Origin: Octopus sinensis | Lineage: Eukaryota | Assembly: GCF_006345805.1 (NCBI RefSeq) | Contig: NW_021834699.1 | Location: forward strand, 1-46,223 | Direction: 5' to 3' | DNA: 46,223 bases | In this document: in pieces, positions 37,517 through 46,223 of the stretch | Position numbering within the stretch: the stretch's first letter is position 1 | How the letters are laid out: each line of letters begins with the position of its first letter | Notes under the pieces: model-generated | What the model was told of the DNA's origin: nothing | Databases searched by the model: none | Seen by the model: only the letters and a program-made list of their open reading frames with translations | Made by a program: the position numbers and the translations under genes

Positions 37517-38036
37517 CTGTTAAATGAGAGAAGGATAGAATAAAAGGATATATAACCAGAAGGATATATAACACAATGATGGTAAGTTCAGACAACCACA
37601 CAAACACATACATACACACATACAAGTTACACTTTCAGAATATACGACTGTGTAGTCTGAAAATGCGATTATCCTAAATAAAGTGCTTTTCACATTGAAG
37701 GCTCTGATGAAGCTAGAGCATGATATCCTGGTACTCAACTAATCCTCCACCACAACCTACATCAGAAACAGCTGTTAGCCAATGAAGTGCGTTACATAAC
37801 CTTTGTTTTTGCCGGTGCCATTTCTTTGCTTTCTCTTACCATTTTACACTTATCTACAATTGAATTCTGGATCACACCTAGATTGAGTTCTACACCATAT
37901 TGTTATTTTCGCTATGCCCAAGCGAAATATTAAGATATTAATGTGCGAGGGTAATGAATACTTTGTCATCGGTGGATGCCGTAATATTGAAAGTTTACTC
38001 TGTATAGAAAATCCGGAAAGGTGGCTTCGTATTTAC

Positions 38037-38129
38037 CGGTATTTTGTACACCGTCTCAAAAACCAGCACCAGCTTCTTCGGGCCCTTTTGTAGGTCACGG
38101 TTTTATAACATCTCACTCGACATATTCCC
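38037..38129 (-). CDS. Coding exon 2: N-terminal half of EMI domain
   Basis: Acceptor ttctttctttttttccag|G, donor CG|GTAAAT, 93 nt, phase 2 to 2. Translates (R)GICRVRCYKTVTYKRARRSWCWFLRRCTKY(R). Confidence 0.88.
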
Positions 38130-38349
38130 CTGGAAAAAAAGAAAGAAGGAATATATAAGTGTGTGTGTGTGTATAAATATATATACATATACATATAAAC
38201 GCATATAACACTATAAAAATAAAATCCCTTGAAGGAATGGGTGGGGGGTTCCAGAGATATAAAAAGACGAATATACAAAGAACTGACTTGCGATCGCCTT
38301 GGAAACAAGGCCACTACTCAACGACATTAGATCACTAAGTGTCGATGTA

Positions 38350-40070
38350 ATCGCCATCAGTGAAACTAGACTTTCCGACCGACATGCTTTCTTGCCATCT
38401 TTCGCGGGATACGAGAAGTATTTATCTCCATGTCAACCGGGAATCGGAGGTTGAACGGCGGCGTTGATCCGTAGGGGCATGGATCTCAACATAAGGACTA
38501 TCTTCCTGGATCCAGAAGGAGAGATGATGGTCCTGGATGCGAATTGTAGTGACGGGGGTACTTACAGACAGGTACCTGTTTATACTCCGATAGAAGCAGG
38601 GAAGCCGTATATCTTCAGACATCGAGAGGTATTCCTAGGAATGCCTCGAAATTTAGAGTTAGTGGGCAACTGGTACGGTGCCTTAGAGATACAATTGGAC
38701 TGTGTGGGTCTAGCGAATAGAAAGCGGATGGTAAAAGCCTGTATGGGGTCAACCAGGTCGTATTTTGATGAGGAACGGGGTTCTATAGGCAAGTAGATTA
38801 ACGTTAGTAGAAGTTGTTAACCTAGATAGGCTTAGAAGGCAGGGATCCGGTTACTGGAGGCTGAAAGCGTTGCTCCCAAAGTGCCAATCCAACAGAGACC
38901 GAATTAGACAATTAACTAAGATGGCGTTGATGGGGCTAATCGTCAACAACAAATGATGGTTGGCGTTAGGTAGGTTTATTAAAGCATTAGTGGTAGAGAT
39001 GGATAAAACAGAAGGGAATTTAGTCAGTAACTTCGAAATGGCGCTTTGGAAGAACATTGCAGCTGACCTGCTTGCTGCAAGATTAGCTCTGGACCATTTG
39101 CTCAAAGATAAACACGAAGGTTGCCTTGTCAGATCTAAGGTGCACTCTGTAAGAGAAGAGGGAAGGAAAGCCCCATAATGGGGGTCGAATGACAGACGCA
39201 CAACGTCAAAGCAAAGTCACTATTCAGTCTTTGGTGGACCAAAATGGGCGCAAGGAACTCCAACCGGAGAAGATGTGTGAGGTATTTCAAGATCCCTTTG
39301 GCAAATGTGTGGAACGTAAAGATATCCAGAACGTAGGATGAACAAACGGATTAAGTCGATTATATCGATCCCAGTGTGTTACTGGTACTTATTTAATCGA
39401 TCCCGAAAAGATGAAAGGCAAAGTCGACCTCGGCGGAATTTGAACTCACAACGTAACGGCTGTCGAAATACCGCTAAGCATTTCTCCCGTCGTGCTAACG
39501 ATCCGCCTTTGTTTGACAGCCTTCTAGTAGATCTGCCAGAACTGCTACCGTAACTGGTACCAGAACAGGCCATTTCCCAATTCTGTGAGTCTAGGAGCGG
39601 TGGCACTGCTAAAAATGGACCCAAACAAGGGAGATGAAATAGAAAACTAGGTTCATAACGCTGCTGAACACAGACATCAAACTTTCGAGCAGGCTGTTAG
39701 CAAAGGGGTCGGCGCTTATCATCGAAGAACTGCTCCCACTTGGAGGACGGATTCGGATTTCAGCTAAGTTATTGGTAAGGATCAGCCCGCTGCTTTCTTC
39801 CAACCGGGAGGGACAGGCATCTTTGCTTAGTCTAGTGGCCATAGCGAAAGAGGTTGCCTGGTGGACCTTGCTGAAAGGGCTGAAGACAGACACTTTCCTC
39901 TTTACCCAGAATCTCAAAGTGAGGGTAAAGAGGGAAGTGCTGCCACCTAGCAATTTTGTTAAAAGATGGGTGAATGTAGCTCGAATGGCCCTAGTGAATG
40001 GTCTTTCTAGAAGTACGCGCCTGTACATTAAGGGCACATGAAGTGAAGAGAGCATACACCCTAGATGTCA
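38350..40070 (+). mobile_element. Internally deleted Tx1/L1-clade LINE relic in intron 1 (antisense to the gene), interrupted by a SINE at 39335-39505
   Basis: AP-endonuclease-like DPEGEMMVLD...VPVYTP...LELVGNW, linker LLAARLALD..HEGCLVRSK, and C-terminal LLSLVAIAKEVAWWT.LKGL...FVKRWVNVAR. Confidence 0.7.
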
Positions 40071-40844
40071 GAGTGATCGTTGTTTTTGTGGGGTTTCAAT
40101 GAGCAGCCCCTTTTGTGTAAACCCTTAGTGGCGAAAAAAGAAATTATTATTATTGAGTGAGAGAGCAGTGCATGCCATCAAAGTGACACCGTGGTAAAAT
40201 ATACGAAGCTCAGTATACCCATCATGACTACCCGTCTGATAAGGGTACCCCAGGCACATGCATCACAACCATATGTGCGGGACATGGTGATCTCATATCA
40301 AGATAAATAGCGCATGATCTTGCAGGTGGGGACCAGTTAGAATTTTCTTCTGGTCGAGAAGCCCATCCCACTCCAAAGTTCACTGAATAAGGGTTGTTTA
40401 AGGATGTTGAATAAGGGTTGTTTAAGCTATATTTGACCCGTCGCTCCGTTCTGATTTCGAATTCCCCAAAGTGCACTTTGCTTTCTTCCTTTCAACGTCG
40501 AGAAAATAACAGACTAGGCTCTATGTAATCGACTCGCCCTCACCTCACCCCAAGCTGCTCTTGTGGCAGAAATTTGAAATCACACTAATTATCATTATTA
40601 TTTGAAACAGTTTTATTTGGGCCCCTTCAGGTTCGTCGCTCCGTTACAGGAATCTGGCTTGTTGAAGATTGGCGCAACAGAACCAGAATATATCCAGAAA
40701 GTTGGTGGAACATCCCAATAGAATCAGCAAACAGGATTAAATACAGCGGACCCTATATTGATGCAAGGATCAGGAAAACAAGTCAAGTACTTTTAGGAGA
40801 GATCGTCTGCCCAGTCGTATGTCAATATCTCATCGTATTAAAGA

Positions 40845-41240
40845 AGCGAGCTGGCAGAAACGTTAGCACGCCGGGCGAGATGCTTAGCGGTATTTCGTCT
40901 GCCGTTACGTTCAGAGTTCAAATTCCGCCGAGGTCGACTTTGCCTTTCATCCTTTCGCGGTCAATAAATTAAGTGCCAGTTACACACTGGGGTCGATAAA
41001 ATCGACTTAATCCCTTTGTCTGTTCTTGTTTGTCCTCTCTGTGTTTAGCTCCTTGTGAGTAGTAAAGAAATAGGTATTTCGTCTGCCGTTAGGTTCTGAG
41101 TTCAAATTACGCCGAGGTCGACTTTGCCTTTCTTCCTTTCGGAGTCGATTAAATATGTACCAGTTACGCACTAGGGTCGATATAATCGACTGGCCCCCTC
41201 CCTCCAAATTTCGGGCCTTGTGCCTCAAGTAGAAAAGAAT
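40845..41240 (+). mobile_element. SINE with one internal tandem duplication
   Basis: gcgagctggcagaaacgttagcacgccgggcg head; the unit gtatttcgtctgccgtta... occurs twice. Same subfamily as 18969-19617. Confidence 0.85.
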
Positions 41241-41652
41241 ATCTCATCATATATTAAAGAAAAAGAGGGATCTATGGAGAACTGTTTGAAAAAATACAGT
41301 TATGATATACAGGCTATGGGTTTTCATTTCTACCTACTGACAGAGATGCACTGGGCTAAGTAAAAACAGATCGACATAAAAACTACAAATGCTGGGGTAA
41401 TTCAGGTACCCTGAGTCCCTTCTGTTGCAATCGTTAGGGCCAAGCCCCACCTCACCCATTGCTTCCCACATATGCCAGGGGCCCTGAACAGAGCTACGGG
41501 CTCAACTCCTCTCTTTTCACTAAAACACTTAAAACATTCACACGAAGATAGACACGGTCCGATTATTTAATAAGAAAAAAGTAAAAAACCACAAGAAGCC
41601 CCGAAGAGGAAAGTGGCGATGTGAAACCGGGTGGAATGAAGCATTAACTTAC

Positions 41653-42389
41653 CGAGAACTGGACACAGCAAGGCTTTCTCCTTCGGTTGTTGAGTTTCCA
41701 GAATCAAGCGTTTCGCTAGAAACCGACGTTCCATTATTCAGTAAGAGACTCTCAGTCGCTGCTTCATCTTCACTCTCGGAATCTGCTTCATCCGCTGACT
41801 CCTCCAATTCCGCCGACTCGTCGTCACCCACTGATTGTCCTCCATCGTTTGATTCTTCATCCGCTGACTCGCCTTCATCCACTGACTCGTCTTCGCTCAC
41901 TGACTCGTCTTCGTTCACTGACTCGTCATCACCTACTGATAGTCCTCCATCGTTTGAGTCTTCATCCACTGACTCGCCTTCATCCACTGACTCGTCTCCG
42001 TCCACTGACTCGTCATCGTCCACCCATAGTCCTCCATTGTCTGAGTCTTCACCCTCTGACTCGTCTTCATTCACTGACTCCTCTCCATCCACTGACTCGT
42101 CTTCACCGTCCTCTGACGACTCGTCATCCACCGGGACTCCGTCCTCCTCTGATTCCTCTCCACCCTCAGACTCTCCTTCATCGCCTGATTCTTCTCCACT
42201 CTCTTCTTGCTCTTCATTCTCCGATGAAACATCATTTACCGACGGGTCTTTGTCGCCTAACGTCACATTCCGCCCTTCACTATTCACTGACGGTCCTTTA
42301 GTCACAACTGACCCATTATTCACCCGTTGTCCTTCAGTCACCCAAAGACCAACGACGAAAAGAAATAAGAAAAGAACGAGATTCTTCAT
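41653..42389 (-). CDS. Secreted acidic/EMI/EGF protein, coding exon 1: signal peptide plus Asp/Glu/Ser-rich region
   Basis: ATG at 42389 in context ACAGCCATGA. MKNLVLFLFLFVVGLWVTEG is a typical signal peptide, followed by a D/E/S-rich tract. The ORF-track stop at 41649-41651 lies inside a perfect donor (CG|GTAAGT), so the exon ends at 41653 in phase 2 (737 nt). Confidence 0.9.
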
Positions 42390-42630
42390 GGCTGTTGTTT
42401 TCTTTTCGGTGCTTCGCCTGTTTACTGACACACAGACAGCTTCTAATATCAGAAGAAACAGATTTGGTTAGTGCAGAACACAGAGTATAAATGTCTAAAA
42501 CTTCTTGTTTGAGTTGTCTTGTCTTGTGGTGGTTCCTGCAGCGCAAAGTCTTCAGTAGCGGGAGTCACAGCAGCAGAGTCCCGTTGCACAATCGGCCTGG
42601 CTCTGTCACATCTCGACCAAGACACTCGCA

Positions 42631-42672
42631 TTTATAACAAATTACCTGCCCCCTCCTCTGCAATTCCATTGG
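42631..42672 (-). promoter_or_regulatory. Candidate CCAAT plus TATAAA promoter of the EMI/EGF gene
   Basis: CCAAT at 42672-42668 and TATAAA at 42636-42631, about 240 nt upstream of the ATG. A competing reading places this stretch in a 5' UTR intron (donor CAG|GTAATT at 42645, branch point CACTAAC 42473-42467, acceptor TAG 42445-42443). Confidence 0.4.
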
Positions 42673-43227
42673 CACCAAAGAAGTGTTGATGTCATCGAAT
42701 CCGGGAGGTGAAATCGAAAACGACGGAGGTCCTTTAGCTTCTATTGTCCAGCAATAAGGAAGCAAAACTAATTCATTGTCATGTAAAAGATGGCCGGTGA
42801 GAACAGACAATCACTTATGCAAAACAAATGCACAAAACAGGAACCACAACCACGACCATCACGGTTAGGTGTGTGTGTGTGTCCAATACACACACACACG
42901 TATAAACGAATACAAATAAATATGTGTGTGTACGCGTATCGGTGAGTGAGTTTTTGTGTGTGTGTGTGTGTAAACAAACTCGTTTTTCGACTTCTTTTGC
43001 ATTGAAACAATATCGATGCTGTTTAACTATATTACAATGTTTTCTTGGGAAAGTGTGTTTCCGCCTCTCTCTCTCTCTGTGCGTGTGTGTGTGTAGGTGC
43101 ATTGTTGCAAGGTGAGTTCCCATAGAGCGGTAACTTGTTCAATTGCCTTCAAAGACTGTCTCGGGCTGACGAAAACCTTGACAGTCATTTTCTGACGGAA
43201 GCTGAAACGAGCGAGTCATTTATAAAT

Positions 43228-43232
43228 ATGTG

Positions 43233-43290
<58 letters not shown>

Positions 43291-43425
43291 CATACATATA
43301 AAATATATATATATATACACACACACATATATATAATATACATACATACATATATAAATATATATATATATATTATATATATATACACATATATATACAT
43401 ATATATATACACACATATATATATA

Positions 43426-43465
<40 letters not shown>

Positions 43466-43820
43466 TATATATACATATATATATATATATACACACACGT
43501 ATATATGTACATATATATCTATATACACACATATATATACACATATATATATATATATATATATACACAGACATATATATATATACATATATATACGCAT
43601 ATATATACATATATATATATACGCATATATATATGCACACATATATATATATACACACTCATATATATATATAGACATATATATACGTATATATATATAT
43701 ACACATATATATATGCACACATTTATATATATACACACTCATATATATCTATACATATATATATACACACATATATTATACCAATATATATATATATATA
43801 TATATATTATATACACAGAT

Positions 43821-43851
<31 letters not shown>

Positions 43852-44150
43852 CACGTATATATGTACATATATATCTATATACACAATATATATACACATA
43901 TATATATATATATATATATACACAGACATATATATATATATACATATATATACGCATATATATACATATATATATATACGCATATATATATGCACACATT
44001 TATATATATACACACTCATATATATATATAGACATATATATACGTATATATATATATACACATATATATATGCACACATTTATATATATACACACTCATA
44101 TATATCTATACATATATATATATACACATATTAATATACACATATATATA
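43228..44150. repeat. (TA)n-derived minisatellite with higher-order periodicity
   Basis: Landmarks such as ataccaat and acacagat recur about 355 bp apart (43423 and 43778). Confidence 0.9.
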
Positions 44151-46055
44151 ACTTAGAATAACTTAGAAAGGTTTTGGCCAGTATTGGCCCAGGCCATGTC
44201 TAACTTATTAGCACTACCTGGCGAAGTCTTTCAATTCAGGATTTGGGCACCAAGGCCGATTCGAGCAGAGAGTTATTGTTTGCGGAGACATATCCGGGTG
44301 TGGGTGGTTTGTCCGAGACTGTTTGAAGGAATTTGTCCAAAGACTTCTTGAATTTTGTGTGGTCAGTTTCTGTTTTGACGTGTCCTGGTGTAATGTTGAA
44401 GAGAGCGGGTCCAATTGAGGTGAAATAGTTGTGCCCTATTGTCGTTATGTGATGCGATTTAGATTTTTGTTGTGGACGGATGGCACGTGGTCCAAGCCTG
44501 GGATGTATTTTGAAGGTGATGCCAACATCATTCGGACAGTGCTGATGGTTATTTTCCACATCATACAGATAATGTAGCGTTCACGGCGTCGTTGGAGTGA
44601 ATACGGTTTCAGCTTCTCTAGTCTACCCCAGTAGTCAAGGTCTGACATGCCATCTATCATTTTTGTGATTGACCTTTGGGGAGCTTCAATTCTCATAATA
44701 TTTTGTTTTGTGTAGGGAGACGACAGTGGACAGCAGCATTCAAGGTGGGGTCGGGCAAAAGTGGAGAAGAGAAGGATAATAGTGTGGGAATGTTCGTCTG
44801 GAAGGTTCCGAGAATCCAGGAACACATTCTGCGGGCCATGTCAACTTTGCTGCTTATATGTGTAGCCCAGCTTATGTTGTTGTCCACTGTTACTCCCAAG
44901 TCTCTGATGTTGTTGGATGCCATGAAAATTTCTCCAGAAGGAAGAGAGTAGGGGAGTTTCAGAGCGTCCTCCCTTCCAAAGTGGATCAGTTCGAATTTGT
45001 CTTCATTTAGCAACATGTTATTCTTTTCCGCCCATTGGACACAGCCAGTAGGTCTGACTGAAGGTTATTCGATCATCCACGCCATTGATGACCTTCTGGA
45101 GCTTGGAATCATCAGCGAAGGTTCTGATGTTACTGTGTTTGATGGTGTCAGTAATATCACTTATGTAGATGATGAAGAGAAGTGGGCCCAACACAGTGCC
45201 TTGTGGGACACCACTGCTGACTTTGGCTGGGCTGGATTTGGCTCCTTCGACTACAACATGTTGGGTTCTGTTAGACAGGAAGCACTTGATCCACTGCAGA
45301 AGCTTTCCAGTGACACCAATATTGGACAGCTTTCTCAGAAGGATCTTATGATCAACCCTGTCAAAGGCCTTGCTGAAATCAAAGTAGATGACATTAGTGT
45401 TGGAACCCTCTCCCAAGGCTCTCAAAATGTCATCAAAATGATGCAGTAGCTGCGTCAGGCAATCTCTCCCATTACGGAATCCATCCTGGTTGGAGTTCAG
45501 CATATTATGACTCTCAAGGAAGTGAGTCATGCGTGATCTCAGCACTCTCTCAAATACCTTAATGATATGAGAGGTGAGAGTGAGATTGGACGGTAATTCA
45601 CGGCAAGCGATTGTTTCCTTTTTTGAAAACTAGGACAACAGACTGGGATAGAAGGTCTCTGGTATATATCCAGCATCCAGTGAGTTCCGCCACAGTTTGG
45701 CTAGAGGGGTGCAAGTTGGTTTTGACACATCTTCAAGACACAAGCAGGGAACCTATCGGGACCTACTGCTGAATTATGCTTCATTTCCTTTATTGCTGCT
45801 AAGACATCAGGAGCCCCAAAGGTTATGTCCGATAAAGTGTATTGGGGAGTAACATCACTGATACAGCCCAGATCAGTCATATCAGGATTGCTGAAAACAG
45901 AGGCAATATGTTTCTGCAATATCTCTCCCATGGTTTTGGCATTGTCTTGAAGAGTACCATTTTCATCAATCAGAGGGCCAACAGTAGAACCAGTGACTCT
46001 GTGTTTTTTTGCAAATGAAAAGAACACTTTGGATTGAGTTTGATCTTCTCAATGG
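44150..46055 (-). mobile_element. CR1-clade LINE, 5'-truncated, RT with frameshifts
   Basis: NQDGFRNGRDCLTQLL, YFDFSKAFDRVDH, SGVPQGTVLGPLLF, FADDSK, IRDLGV, RPHLE, YWGRLEKL..YSLQRRRERY and FKKSLDKFL. Confidence 0.92.
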
Positions 46056-46059
46056 CTCA

Positions 46060-46223
46060 GGCCTCTTCAGCGGTCGGTGGATCGCGTTTCGATTCCCAGA
46101 CTGGGCGTTGTGTGTGTTTATTGGGCGAGAACACCTTAAAAGCCGACGAAGCTCCAGCGGGGCTGGTGGCGATCCCTGTTATACTCTTTCGCTCCAACTT
46201 TCTCTCATTCTTTCTTCCTGTTT
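46060..46223 (+). mobile_element. tRNA-derived SINE, partial (runs off the window)
   Basis: gatcgcgtttcgattcccagactgggcg... matches the 33135-33510 family. Confidence 0.7.

Noticed and set aside
41649-42431. 260-aa single-exon acidic protein as given in the ORF track
   Set aside because: The start is more likely the ATG at 42389 (signal peptide, good context), and the stop lies inside a GTAAGT donor whose phase matches the EMI exon.
41849-42471. Plus-strand ORFs with TRLHPL and Ser-rich repeats
   Set aside because: Antisense shadows of the repetitive acidic exon.
43097-43117. Plus-strand micro-exon (tag|GTGCATTGTTGCAAG|gtgagt)
   Set aside because: The donor is good, but no partner exons or reading frame can be identified.

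Overview
AT-rich, microsatellite-dense animal genomic DNA. The SINE repertoire resembles what I recall from octopod cephalopods; this is an inference and no database was searched. Two spliced genes can be read. (1) Minus strand, about 29.9-42.6 kb: a complete 7-coding-exon gene for a predicted 464-aa secreted protein with a signal peptide, a ~160-aa Asp/Glu/Ser-rich polyanion, an EMI domain and four EGF modules (EGF, Ca-EGF, EGF, Ca-EGF). The EMI/EGF half is extremely Arg-rich. The ORF track shows only exon 1; the rest appears only by following splice sites, whose phases all match (2,2,1,1,1,1). (2) Plus strand, about 8.6-10.5 kb: the last two exons of a death-domain protein, preceded by four tandem, mostly damaged paralogues of the first death-domain exon in duplicated intron units. 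Other notable structures: a minimal type I hammerhead ribozyme fold (minus strand, 22646-22688) at the edge of a strand-skewed element with direct and inverted repeats; a near-perfect ~490-bp tandem repeat with an abutting inverted copy; and relics of CR1, RTE, R4/Dong, Tx1/L1, HERO/NeSL, Helitron, Chapaev3, a MITE and several SINE families. Exons, phases and translations were worked out by hand; identities are by-eye estimates and repeat boundaries are approximate.
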